From positions 7,190-71,189 of the forward strand of contig CAJWWP010000003.1 of assembly GCA_913048525.1 (NCBI GenBank): a stretch of 64,000 nucleotides of DNA. The letters run 5' to 3'. Below the pieces are notes generated by a model. The model was not told where the DNA came from, searched no databases, and saw only the letters and a list, made by a program, of their open reading frames with translations. The stretch comes from an uncultured Chloroflexota bacterium. Its GTDB lineage: Bacteria > Chloroflexota > Dehalococcoidia > Lucifugimonadales > UBA826. Each line of letters starts with the position of its first letter. Within the stretch, counting starts at the first letter, position 1. Below are positions 9,672-19,243 of the stretch, in pieces. Position numbers and translations under genes: made by a program.

Positions 9672-11930
9672 CTATTGTCTTGGAACTATTGTCTCGAACG
9701 AGTTGGGGAGATCATATGGACGAAGGTCCCAACCTCTTATGGTATCCGGGTTATATCCGATGAGAACCGGAACTTCCACGGTACCAATGGTCAGAGTCTT
9801 GTCAAAGTAGTCGTCCCACATTACCTCACGGGAGGCAAGGTTGTCAGCAGAGCCTTTCGCCTGCACTCTTGTTTCCTCACGGTTCGACCAGTACAAGTTG
9901 TCCTCAAGGCTTGGGTTCCATCCACCAGCCGGCAATGGCCAGAGACCACCACCTGCTGTGCCACCACCATCACCGAGACGACCCTGTTTGCTTGTTGGTC
10001 CCCAGCGAGTCATCCACGGTACGTGGAGCTCCCTGCCTAACATAGTCGGACGCCTGGATGAATACTGGGTGCTATCTATCCATGGCTCAAGTCCAAGGTG
10101 TTCCTTCCACTGCCCTACAACGGCCTCACAGACCTCCAAGGAGGTTCCGTTACCCTGCGAGCAGAAGAATTCAAATTCGAATCCGGGCTCCACTCCAGAT
10201 TCAGCCAGGTGTGCCCGGGCCGTGTCTGGATCAAAGGCATAGCTCCACCGGTCTTTATATTCAGGATGTAGCTGATGCAGTGACATACCTGGCTGCGCGC
10301 CACCATAAACAGCACCACCATACCCGCCTGTAACTGATGACGCGATGAGATCGCGTTCAATGGAGTAGGCCAGCGCCTTCCTGAAAGCCTTAGCGCTGTT
10401 CATTCTTGGGGTGTCATAAGAGAATCTGTCGGTATCTCTAAAGTCGAAACCAACCGAGTCATCCGTAAACTGAGCATCAAACCCATCGAAGGTAAAGTCG
10501 AAGTTAGCGACCGTACACCCTGCACCTGGCTCGTCTTGAATGCCAGAGGCTGCCCGGTCGATCCCCACGCATTCTAGGCGGGGGTCTCCAATCCAAGGGT
10601 ACTTGTCCGTCGGGATGAATCCCGGCCTTATCATCGGCGTTCCTGACAAATCCTTGTCAGGAAGTTTCGAGCCGGGCGGATAGGCAAAGGACCAGTTGTT
10701 CCCGGCAAAATACATGAAGTTACCGTTGATCGTGTCCAATCCTTCGTGGAAGCTAAAGCCGGCTTTATCAAGTCTGCCAACGTCCTGAATTGAGGCAGCC
10801 GCTATATCAGCCGCTCCAGTTTGGAGCATAGCCGAGCGCTGCTGGGCCTCATTTGCCTGCAAGAAAATGATCTTGTCAAAAGCAGGACTCTGCTTCCAGT
10901 GATCCACTCGAGACTGTGCCTCGATTCTCTCTGCGGCCATCCATTCTTCTACAACGAAGGGACCAGATCCATGCGGTACCCCAAACGTGGTTCCAAGCTC
11001 ATCATAGAGCGTCTTGGACTGCATCCAAACGGCGTCCTGACATATTGATGAAGCATCTTGAAGACCATCACCTATAAAGGCCCTGTTGGGGGCTTCGGCA
11101 ATGTACTTAGAAGGAGATGTCCATTTTTTATAGTATTCATACGCTTGAGAAGAGTTTGAGTGTGCGGACTCAATGTTGTCAGCTCCAGCGTCATTAAAGG
11201 ACCAGGCAAAGTCTTCGCCCGTCAGCTCACCAACATTTATCATGTCTCCATCTACGATCCTGTAGAAATCGATCCCCTCTCGTATATGGACCCGTATGGT
11301 GCCTTGTTCGTCCGGATCTGTCAGATCTGCCTGATCAAGTTCGGCAAGAGTTTTACCTTCCATGGTTAGCTCTCCGCCACCCTTCTTAGGCACAATCATT
11401 TCCCAACCGGTTGCCACATATCCTGCGTGACAGGCCCGATCGGTATTCACGATCGCATTACCCTGGTCGTCAAAAGTCGGCTCCCAACCTAAAGCAGGTT
11501 CCTGGAACCCAAAAAACCCGTGGAACATAACGTCCGGCCAGGTTCCCTTTCCGTTGAGGAACTGGGGGCTACCCACGTTATCAAGTACAACCGTCACGGT
11601 CGCACTAACCTGTTCAACAGGCTCCACTGTGAGAGACCCAGAAGAAGCGGTGCTTCCTGAACCCCCCGATGCTGCTGAGGTGCCTTGCACCGCGGCCAGC
11701 GCTGGAGCGGCTGCTGCAGGCGCTGCAGGCGCAGATGGCGCCGACGGAGCAGACCCAGCCGACGCGGCGGCCGCAGTACCTCCCCCTGCCGCTGCTGGAG
11801 CGGCTGCGGCTGCGGCTGCAGGCGCAGATGGCGCCGCAGCTTCCTCTGAAGATCCGCAGGCACTAACGGCCATTGCAAAAATAGCAACCAGCGCAAGTAC
11901 CAAGATCCCATACTTTCCTTTTAATATCAT
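9672..11930 (-). CDS. ABC transporter substrate-binding lipoprotein, family 5, unusually long, with Ala/Pro-rich linker
   Basis: Lipobox AVSAC, Ala/Pro/Ser linker, HGSGPF-V-EW, FRKALAYSIER, DPDTARAHLAESG; AGGAGG RBS; adjacent permeases. Confidence 0.85.
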   Translation of the reverse strand: MILKGKYGILVLALVAIFAMAVSACGSSEEAAAPSAPAAAAAAAPAAAGGGTAAAASAGSAPSAPSAPAAPAAAAPALAAVQGTSAASGGSGSTASSGSLTVEPVEQVSATVTVVLDNVGSPQFLNGKGTWPDVMFHGFFGFQEPALGWEPTFDDQGNAIVNTDRACHAGYVATGWEMIVPKKGGGELTMEGKTLAELDQADLTDPDEQGTIRVHIREGIDFYRIVDGDMINVGELTGEDFAWSFNDAGADNIESAHSNSSQAYEYYKKWTSPSKYIAEAPNRAFIGDGLQDASSICQDAVWMQSKTLYDELGTTFGVPHGSGPFVVEEWMAAERIEAQSRVDHWKQSPAFDKIIFLQANEAQQRSAMLQTGAADIAAASIQDVGRLDKAGFSFHEGLDTINGNFMYFAGNNWSFAYPPGSKLPDKDLSGTPMIRPGFIPTDKYPWIGDPRLECVGIDRAASGIQDEPGAGCTVANFDFTFDGFDAQFTDDSVGFDFRDTDRFSYDTPRMNSAKAFRKALAYSIERDLIASSVTGGYGGAVYGGAQPGMSLHQLHPEYKDRWSYAFDPDTARAHLAESGVEPGFEFEFFCSQGNGTSLEVCEAVVGQWKEHLGLEPWIDSTQYSSRRPTMLGRELHVPWMTRWGPTSKQGRLGDGGGTAGGGLWPLPAGGWNPSLEDNLYWSNREETRVQAKGSADNLASREVMWDDYFDKTLTIGTVEVPVLIGYNPDTIRGWDLRPYDLPNSFETIVPRQ

Positions 11931-11996
11931 CAAAATCCTCCTATATCCATAACCGAATATACAGATCTCAAACCTTCTGGTTTGACCTTCTCAGGC

Positions 11997-12040
11997 TTGG
12001 TCGGGGCACCCTTTTTTTGAAACGTGCGCATCCCGACCAA
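11997..12040 (-). promoter_or_regulatory. 5'-UTR stem-loop of the binding-protein mRNA
   Basis: Inverted repeat TTGGTCGGG/CCCGACCAA. Confidence 0.45.
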
Positions 12041-12065
12041 CTCTTTACGGTCTCTAATATGGTCT

Positions 12066-12093
12066 ATGGTAGAACGTAATTTCCCTATGTCAA
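12066..12093 (-). promoter_or_regulatory. Sigma70-type promoter for the ABC operon
   Basis: Minus-strand TTGACA-N16-TACCAT. Confidence 0.5.
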
Positions 12094-12355
12094 CGTCTTA
12101 TCCGAGTAAGAATAGATAAATTAAGCTGAATAATAGAACAGTGGTGGTCCGCATCCATTCTGAAGGCAGGAATCACTCCCTTTTTTCTTATTCCGAGAGA
12201 CATCAACCGCTTCGCCAAAGTATTCATGCCAGTTCTCTTAAATATCGCCTAAAGTTTACTGTCGCAACACCTGTCACTTTTCAGCTATGATGTGACGGAG
12301 TAGCAGCAACTTTTTAAGGCAATTCATCAGACCGGTAGAGGGAAGGATCAGGAAC

Positions 12356-13501
12356 ATGAAACTCGCATTGCAATATGAAATGCAGAGACCCACACTCGAC
12401 GATCACCTCGTCATTAAAGAAACAATGGAACAGTGTGTGCTCGCAGACCAGGCTGGTTTCGATTACGTGTGGTTCGTCGAGCACCACTTCCTTACAGGTT
12501 TCTCCGCATCACCTTGCCCCGACGTTTTTTATGGAGCCCTCAGTCAAAGAACAAAGAACATTCGCCTTGGGCTTGGTGTAGTCATCCTTCCTTACCACCA
12601 TCCCGTACGGGTCGCGGAACGTGTAGCAATGTTGGATCATCTTTCGGATGGGCGTGTCGATTTTGGCACAGGTCGATCGGCTCCCTACGAACTAACAGGA
12701 ATGGGCCTCGATCCGAGGGATAGCAGGGAAATGTGGGAAGAGTCTCTCTCCATGGTGCCTGAGATATGGAATTCAGACTGGTATTCTCATGAAGGAAAAT
12801 ATTGGCAAGTCCCAGAACGACAAGTTCTCCCAAAACCCTTCCAGGAGGATCATCCGCCGATATGGGTCGCCGCGCTTCAACCAGCCACTTATGAAATTGC
12901 TGCATCTAAAGGCATAGGAATTCTATCCTTTGGTTCTAGTGCTCCAGACTCACTCGCTCCCTACGTAAAAAAATATAAAGAGGATATTAAGAAGGCTTCT
13001 CCCGTTGGAAAACAGGTTAACAACCAGTGGGCAAGCTCTACCCTAGGGGTCTGTCTGAAGGATGGGAAGAAAGCTAGGGATATGGGTGCCGAATCATTGA
13101 AAAATTTCTTTGGTCCGGATCGTCCATACGTCCAAGGTCAAAAAGATATATACGCCCAGTTGCTTGAGAAATGGGGAGGAGTTCCCGACCATCTGAAACA
13201 GAACTTTTCAAGGTACGTTGAAGGAGACGAAGAACCCGAGTTGAATAGCGCCCTAGATTTCTCTGGAGGCGAGGCTATCGCACATAAAGTTTGGGAGGAT
13301 CTAGATTCTGACACACTTTGTGAAAGAGGCGTTGTGATAGCAGGAGACCCGGACGACTGCATACGAGCCCTGAAGAAACATGAAGAAACTGGCATCGATC
13401 AGATGATGGTTATGATGCAGACTGAAACCGTTCCTCATGCCGAAGTCATGGAATCTATTGAACTCTGGGGAAAATACATCATTCCAGAATTCAATAAATA
13501 A
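12356..13501 (+). CDS. Luciferase-like (LLM class) flavin-dependent oxidoreductase
   Basis: GFDYVWFVEHHF, HPVRVAERVAMLDHLSDGRV-FG-GR, PKP-Q-HPPIW. Confidence 0.92.
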   Translation: MKLALQYEMQRPTLDDHLVIKETMEQCVLADQAGFDYVWFVEHHFLTGFSASPCPDVFYGALSQRTKNIRLGLGVVILPYHHPVRVAERVAMLDHLSDGRVDFGTGRSAPYELTGMGLDPRDSREMWEESLSMVPEIWNSDWYSHEGKYWQVPERQVLPKPFQEDHPPIWVAALQPATYEIAASKGIGILSFGSSAPDSLAPYVKKYKEDIKKASPVGKQVNNQWASSTLGVCLKDGKKARDMGAESLKNFFGPDRPYVQGQKDIYAQLLEKWGGVPDHLKQNFSRYVEGDEEPELNSALDFSGGEAIAHKVWEDLDSDTLCERGVVIAGDPDDCIRALKKHEETGIDQMMVMMQTETVPHAEVMESIELWGKYIIPEFNK

Positions 13502-13536
13502 TTTAAATAACCGCCATTACCAGGCCACCAATGAAA

Positions 13537-14334
13537 CTACGACGCGGCGGCCTCTTTGTCCATATTTAGTGCTGTCTGTGACACTGTCTCCATACTTTCA
13601 AGCAAAATAGTGGGGTTTAGCCGACTGGCATGATCTGCATATCCGGCCTTTTCAAGCATGGGTCCCAATTTTCCGCCATTTAGTAGATCAAGAGCCCATT
13701 TAAGAGAATCTGGAGAAGCTGTTTGGTCAAGGTACATCCGTTGATTTTTTGCGCGTGGTCCATAGTGATAATGAGGTGCTCTCTTAAAGCAATCAAATGT
13801 GAGCAACTCAATTTCTTCACCGTTCACATCACCGAGAACGTGAATCGCCACTCCTTCGTCATTAGAGAGGTACCTATACTCAAGACCAAATCGTACGGGC
13901 CCTGCCTCGACAATAACATCCCCTCGGTCATGCATAACCGTTCTTCTTCCTGACACCGATAGGTGCTTTGCGGTTTCCGACACCTGGTCAATAACACCGG
14001 ACATATCCGTATTTTGGACATATTCAGATAGTTCCTGGTATCCAGCCCTTTCGATCATTTCAGGGAGACGACTATAGAATTTATTCAGAACCCAATCCAG
14101 CGAGTCACCCTCCGTCGTAGAGTCCAGCATCAAGCGCTTATTTTGTTTTTCAGGACCGTAATGATAATGGGGCTCATGATCGAAACAATCAAACCTCAGT
14201 AACTCGACTTCTTCGCCGTCTACCTCACCGAAAACATTAATGCACACACCCTGATCGGAAAGTAAATCCCTATACTCCAAACCAAACTTCACTTTGCCGG
14301 TGCCTATGATATTTACGTCAACCTCACTGTTCAT
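13537..14334 (-). CDS. Hypothetical protein built from two tandem copies of a ~130-aa domain (FDCF...PHYHYGP)
   Basis: Internal duplication visible in the translation; GGAGG RBS. Confidence 0.8.
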   Translation of the reverse strand: MNSEVDVNIIGTGKVKFGLEYRDLLSDQGVCINVFGEVDGEEVELLRFDCFDHEPHYHYGPEKQNKRLMLDSTTEGDSLDWVLNKFYSRLPEMIERAGYQELSEYVQNTDMSGVIDQVSETAKHLSVSGRRTVMHDRGDVIVEAGPVRFGLEYRYLSNDEGVAIHVLGDVNGEEIELLTFDCFKRAPHYHYGPRAKNQRMYLDQTASPDSLKWALDLLNGGKLGPMLEKAGYADHASRLNPTILLESMETVSQTALNMDKEAAAS

Positions 14335-14358
14335 ATCAAACCTCCATATCTGTTAATG

Positions 14359-14550
14359 CTACTTTCTCGGTTTATCCTTTTTATTCTCGTTTCCTCGACT
14401 ATTCGCCATTCTCCCAATAAATTCGAATGCATCCACTGACAAACTATCAGATGGCTCATCTACATATTGAGTTTCATCTTTGACTATTTCATGACTTTTA
14501 TCATCTGGCTGGGCCTGATCAGCATTGTTTTCCATGTTTTCTGTGGGCAT
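14359..14550 (-). CDS. Small acidic hypothetical protein
   Basis: 63-aa ATG ORF directly upstream of and co-oriented with the duplicated-domain gene. Confidence 0.45.
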   Translation of the reverse strand: MPTENMENNADQAQPDDKSHEIVKDETQYVDEPSDSLSVDAFEFIGRMANSRGNENKKDKPRK

Positions 14551-14968
14551 TAGAGACCTTCATTATCTATGAACTTCTTATAAACTACTTTGGGCGTTAC
14601 TTTAACCTATTTGTTCTAGGAGACAACCCTCACAGTCACGCTTTGCTAATCTCGCGGAATGGAAAACGACAGACAATCAATATATTGCAGGTTTTGCTTC
14701 ATCGAGGTTCAGAAATCATTTTCCTAATACGGATGATCTGCCAAAACAATAGAGAAGCAAACAAATAAGGTTCGAATCTCCCCTAACAAGTTTTGTCTAG
14801 GAACTGAAGTTCAATTCCTTACTGCTAATTAATGTTTCTATATGCCGAATCATGCCTAGAAATACTACTTTGAAGGAATATTAATACCGGCTCCACCACC
14901 CAATATCAGACCGTGTCGACAAAACCTACTTAAAGGCCTTTTCGTTATCTCATTACTCGATCTATTTA

Positions 14969-14994
14969 CTAAACAACGCTCAGGCACTGTTTAG
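14969..14994 (-). terminator. Stem-loop downstream of the tRNA-Thr / tRNA-Sec-fragment region
   Basis: Minus strand CTAAACAGTGC-CTGA-GCGTTGTTTAG, 11-bp stem with G-U pairs; no clear U-tract. Confidence 0.45.
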
Positions 14995-14997
14995 CTT

Positions 14998-15063
14998 TGG
15001 CAGGAGCACGAGGGAGTCGAACCCACCACACCAGTTGCGGGACTGCTGCCAACGGATTTGAAG
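14998..15063 (-). pseudogene. selC: 3' fragment of tRNA-Sec (selC remnant or att-site scar)
   Basis: Minus strand CTTCAAA (UCA anticodon loop)-TCCGTT, long variable arm, GGTTCGACTCC T-arm, 8-nt acceptor strand GTGCTCCT, GCCA end; 5' acceptor strand, D-arm and 5' anticodon stem are missing. Confidence 0.75.
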
Positions 15064-15093
15064 ATTGTTTGACTAGGAAGCATTAACTTAAAA

Positions 15094-15168
15094 TGGAGCC
15101 GACGGTCGGGTTCGAACCGACGACCTGCTGTTTACAAAACAGCTGCTCTACCACTGAGCTACATCGGC
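15094..15168 (-). tRNA. tRNA-Thr (anticodon TGT)
   Basis: GCCGATGTAGCTCAGTGGTAGAGCAGCTGTTTTGTAAACAGCAGGTCGTCGGTTCGAACCCGACCGTCGGCTCCA: full cloverleaf with encoded CCA; extended -10 TGATATAAT just upstream. Confidence 0.97.
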
Positions 15169-15234
15169 GCCGCCAAGAATTATATCAATGTGTAATACAT
15201 CTAGGATCATTTTGATTTACTTCAACCTTGTTGG

Positions 15235-16395
15235 TTACTCCCTGAATTGCGGTAAAACCTCTTTTCCAAACCATTCTAAATCTTTTCGTATAACACTTGG
15301 AGGGATGCCAAGGCCGCCTAACCCGACTGATATCCTTTCGATTTTTGGAAATCTCTCAATAATTCCAGCGATGTCCTGTTTTATCTTGTCAGGTGGACCA
15401 CAGATCCATGTTCCGTCAGCAACGGCATCTTGCAGGGTAGGTAATCCAACAAGCAAAGCTTTAGCGGGATCGGCCGTAGCCTCTATTTGCTCCTTCGACA
15501 AGTTTTTTACCATTCCTAAAGGTGCTAGCACTTTCAATTGCTCTTCGAAATAGGGCGTTGCTTGCTCAATAGCTTTTCTCTCCGAGTCGGCCATATGTAT
15601 CTGGACACCCAGAGCCAGTCCCTCACCTATAGCTGCTTCCTGACCGGCATTTACTAAAGTTTCTCTCCACCGTTGTGCGGTCTTCTCGGCTGAACCGCCT
15701 GGTGCAGTTCCACCTGCTATCACTCCTTTTATTCCGTGGCTGACCATGAACTCCATCCCTCTCTGACTGCCACTTGCGATTGGCTGCCAGAACTCCACCG
15801 GTCTGGTGAGAGGACGAGGAACAAGAGTAATCTCCCTCAATTCCTTGCCTCTATGTAATCCCTCCGCAGGTATCTCATAATGGGTACCATGATGGGAAAA
15901 AGAATCTTCTGTCCACGCCTTTATAATGATTTCCACTTGCTCCTCAAACAAGTCCCTATTTGCATGGTCATCTTCGAGAGGGGATCCCAAGGTTTCGACT
16001 TCTCTCAAAATATATCCCCTGCCTACCCCAAATCGCACTCTGCCACCTGTCATTACATCAGCTGACGCAAAATCCTCGGCAAGCCTAAGGGGATGCCATG
16101 CAGGAACCGTGTTAAAAAAACCGCCGAAATTCAAACTCTTTGTGTTTTCAGCGAGATAGACACACGTCATTGGAATATTAGGTATTCCTCCAAACCCTTC
16201 TGCCTGAAAGTGATGTTCAGACATCCAGAGAGTGTCAAAACCAAGAGGATCCATAATCTCTGCCATCGCCTTTGCTTCTGAGAAGGCTGAGGAGAGGGTT
16301 TCATTCGACAGATCTCTCTGATCAACAGGAGTCGCGGAAAACCCAGCATCCGGCATCTCAATATGACCGCCATAAAAATAATCAAATTTGACCAA
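15235..16395 (-). CDS. LLM class flavin-dependent oxidoreductase
   Basis: GFDTLWMSEHHF, WHPLRLAEDFA-D-GGRVRFGVGRG. Confidence 0.9.
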   Translation of the reverse strand: MVKFDYFYGGHIEMPDAGFSATPVDQRDLSNETLSSAFSEAKAMAEIMDPLGFDTLWMSEHHFQAEGFGGIPNIPMTCVYLAENTKSLNFGGFFNTVPAWHPLRLAEDFASADVMTGGRVRFGVGRGYILREVETLGSPLEDDHANRDLFEEQVEIIIKAWTEDSFSHHGTHYEIPAEGLHRGKELREITLVPRPLTRPVEFWQPIASGSQRGMEFMVSHGIKGVIAGGTAPGGSAEKTAQRWRETLVNAGQEAAIGEGLALGVQIHMADSERKAIEQATPYFEEQLKVLAPLGMVKNLSKEQIEATADPAKALLVGLPTLQDAVADGTWICGPPDKIKQDIAGIIERFPKIERISVGLGGLGIPPSVIRKDLEWFGKEVLPQFRE

Positions 16396-16455
16396 TGTCG
16401 CCTCCGTTCAAGACAAGTCCTAGGACAGAAATTTAAACAAAACTTGGGAATTATC

Positions 16456-17667
16456 CTAGATCGCTCCAATCTCTTTCAAGTTCGCTATGCTGTCAGGGTC
16501 GTATCCTAATTCTCCTAGAATTTGTTCATTATGCTCCCCCAATTTTGGAGCAAACCCTGGTTTACTTGGTGTTTCTGACATTTTCCATGGTGTCCCATGT
16601 ATCTTTACCTCTTCACCCAACTCGGGGTGCGTTACCGTTTTCACATATCCACTGTCAACAATATTCGGATCCTGAGAAGCCTCCAACATGGTGTTGACAG
16701 GAGCCGCGACTATGTCCGCAGACCGAAGGATATTTATCCAATTATCCCGAGTATTCGTTGCAAAAAGTTCCGCAAGCTTGTCTAGTATTGAATTCTTTTT
16801 TTCCTCCGACTCAAAGGCCATTCCCAGATCGGTCAGGTCTGCCTCCTCCATTGCCTCTAGAAATCCCAAACTTTCCAAGGCGGGCAACCAGTGCCTTGCA
16901 TCCAATTGCATAGCCAGAGGTCTTCCATCAGCATCGTTAAAACAAGCTGCTATCCCAGCTCTATCTCTCGTCCCATTTATGCGAGCACCGGTGATTGGTG
17001 GTTTGTTTTTCCACATGGTAGTTGCCATTGTCCAACCCATAAGGCGAAAAGCACTACCAACTAGAGAGGTCTCAATCTTTTGTCCAACGCCTGTTTCCCT
17101 TGCATGGATCAAAGCGGCGAGCACGCCGCCAAATGTAAGTATTCCGCAGGTTTCATCTGCTACTGAGGCGACACCTGTTCGCATTGGCTGTCCTGGTATT
17201 GAGAACGCTTCTGTAACTCCGCCTATTGCCTGTCCAACCGCGTCCGTTCCGGGAAGAGCCGCATCAGGTCCATCCGGTCCATAGCCAGACACAGATGCAT
17301 ACACAAGTGCCGGATTGATTTTTTTTAGTTCCTCATACCCAAAACCGTATCGTTCCGCAGCCCCAGGCCTAAAGTTTTGACCGAATATATCAGCCCTTTG
17401 GACCAGTTGATGGAGTATCTTCTTGGCTTCATCAGTCCGTAGGTTCAGGGTTAGGCTTTTTACTCCTCTGTTGTTAGTCTCAAAAAAAGAACTCACTTCA
17501 CCCTTCAGTTCTCCAGCTCTACGTGAATTATCTCCTCCGTTGGGAACCTCTATCTTTATTACTTCTGCACCTAGATCTGCCATCAACGAATAGGGTACCG
17601 TTCCTGCTTGCGCAGTCGAGCAGGCCACAACTTTCACGCCGGTTAGCGCGCCTTGCAATTTAGCCAT
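16456..17667 (-). CDS. Class III CoA-transferase (CaiB/BaiF family)
   Basis: ADLGAEVIKIE, NNRGVKSLTLNL, NFRPG, putative catalytic Asp in SVADET, APKLGEHN. Confidence 0.92.
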   Translation of the reverse strand: MAKLQGALTGVKVVACSTAQAGTVPYSLMADLGAEVIKIEVPNGGDNSRRAGELKGEVSSFFETNNRGVKSLTLNLRTDEAKKILHQLVQRADIFGQNFRPGAAERYGFGYEELKKINPALVYASVSGYGPDGPDAALPGTDAVGQAIGGVTEAFSIPGQPMRTGVASVADETCGILTFGGVLAALIHARETGVGQKIETSLVGSAFRLMGWTMATTMWKNKPPITGARINGTRDRAGIAACFNDADGRPLAMQLDARHWLPALESLGFLEAMEEADLTDLGMAFESEEKKNSILDKLAELFATNTRDNWINILRSADIVAAPVNTMLEASQDPNIVDSGYVKTVTHPELGEEVKIHGTPWKMSETPSKPGFAPKLGEHNEQILGELGYDPDSIANLKEIGAI

Positions 17668-17779
17668 TTCTCAGCCTCCTGAATGGTTTAGTCTTTTTTT
17701 CTCTGCCCCGTCGTCTTTTCGCGTTCAATGCTATCTGACATACCGGTGTATTTTCCCTTCAGTCGTTATTAGCGCATTA

Positions 17780-19243
17780 TTAAGCTCGCCGCCAAGCAAC
17801 AACAGACGCTATCAGAGCTCCAAGGGCTATAGCCGCAGCGGCGAAGTATACCAACTTAAACGCAGCCAGATAAGCAACAACTGATTCTGTTGTCGTTGAA
17901 GCGAGCAATATATCCACCCCATGGCCTCTAGAAGAATAAGCCTCTGTGAATAATCCTCCCAAAAGTGCAACGGCGACCACATTTCCGATTCCTCTCGTTA
18001 TTGACGAAAGAGCTCCACCTGTTCCTAGACTTGCTTTACCTGCACTACTCATAACTAAGTTGAGATTTGCACTTTGAAATAATCCCATACCAGCTCCGAT
18101 GATCGTCATTCGTACCGCTAGTGCCGTAACAGACACTCCTATCTCAACAGCCTGATAGGACAACAATCCAAAGATTATTAGTATCGTTCCCACTATGGTC
18201 ACCGGGCCAGGTGTGACACGGTCTGAAAAGTATCCCCCTAGAGGCGCACATAGAGCGAGTGCAAGTGAGTTAACAAGTAGCAAAATTGCCAGAGATGTCG
18301 CTGAGGCCCCCATTATTTCTGAGACGAAATACGGAAGTATAAAAACATTCACAAATGTCGACATGAACATGCAAAGGTTGGCTAGAAGACCCCCAGCCAC
18401 CACCATGTTCTTTAACACCCTCAAGTCAATTAAAGGCTGTTCAAATACGTTCTGACGCTTTATGAAAATCACCCAAATAATGGCTGATATCAACAAAATA
18501 AGAAAGGGTTGACCCCGAACCCAGCCGACCAGTGCCACGATGTTCAAGAATAGGACTATGGTGGTCATTGCAGCGAACACCAGGCCAGCCCCAAGCCAGT
18601 CAAATTTCTTGTTTTCTTCTACTCTTTCGCCGACCCCTCGTAAGAAAAATAAAGTCCCGGCTATTGCAATAAGACAAAAGGGTATCCTGAAAAGAAAAAT
18701 CCACCTCCAAGACGATATTTCTAGCAACGCACCAGCCGAGATAGTGCCTAATATCATTCCCAGGGTCCCTATCCCCGTCATTACTCCTAGAGCCCGTCCC
18801 CTGATTTCCCTTGGAAACATAGACGTAACCAATGCGGGAGCAATAGCCGCTAAAGACGCATTGCCGAGCGCTTGAAGCACCCTGAAGCCTATAACGGTGT
18901 TAATGGTAGGAGATAAACTGATAGCAACCATCGCTACCGTATAAACAAAAAGCCCTATTAAGAAAATCCGGCGAAGTCCGAAAGTATCTCCTGCACCCCC
19001 AATGCCCAACTGGAGACCTATAGTAGTTCCCAAATAGAACGTAATCATTAGATATACAATTCTGGGCTCAGCCGAAAAATAGTCAGATATTGCCGGTAAG
19101 GAGACGTTAACGGTGACATCAAGAGCGACTAGAAAAACCCCTGACGACACAACAACTAACTGTGCCCAAAGCCGCCACCCAACGCTGTTCTCTATCGGCT
19201 TAGAGCCTGACAGCTGGCGCAAATTAATCCCATTCCCATTCAA
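17780..19243 (-). CDS. MFS transporter (14-TM, DHA2/EmrB-like)
   Basis: LDVTVNVSLP, GDTFGLRR, WRWIF motifs, many TM segments; 20-nt overlap with obgE. Confidence 0.88.
   Translation of the reverse strand: MNGNGINLRQLSGSKPIENSVGWRLWAQLVVVSSGVFLVALDVTVNVSLPAISDYFSAEPRIVYLMITFYLGTTIGLQLGIGGAGDTFGLRRIFLIGLFVYTVAMVAISLSPTINTVIGFRVLQALGNASLAAIAPALVTSMFPREIRGRALGVMTGIGTLGMILGTISAGALLEISSWRWIFLFRIPFCLIAIAGTLFFLRGVGERVEENKKFDWLGAGLVFAAMTTIVLFLNIVALVGWVRGQPFLILLISAIIWVIFIKRQNVFEQPLIDLRVLKNMVVAGGLLANLCMFMSTFVNVFILPYFVSEIMGASATSLAILLLVNSLALALCAPLGGYFSDRVTPGPVTIVGTILIIFGLLSYQAVEIGVSVTALAVRMTIIGAGMGLFQSANLNLVMSSAGKASLGTGGALSSITRGIGNVVAVALLGGLFTEAYSSRGHGVDILLASTTTESVVAYLAAFKLVYFAAAAIALGALIASVVAWRRA

Noticed and set aside
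7527..11952. Long antisense ORFs over the ABC operon (e.g. 7527-8075, 8736-9320, 11554-11952) and similar ones elsewhere
   Set aside because: Shadow frames of well-supported genes on the opposite strand, with no recognisable motifs.
14551..14968. GGTTCGAATCTCCC near 14769 as another tRNA piece, or the 5' half of a permuted/split tRNA-Sec
   Set aside because: No cloverleaf around it, and no sequence complementary to the tRNA-Sec acceptor strand was found in this spacer.
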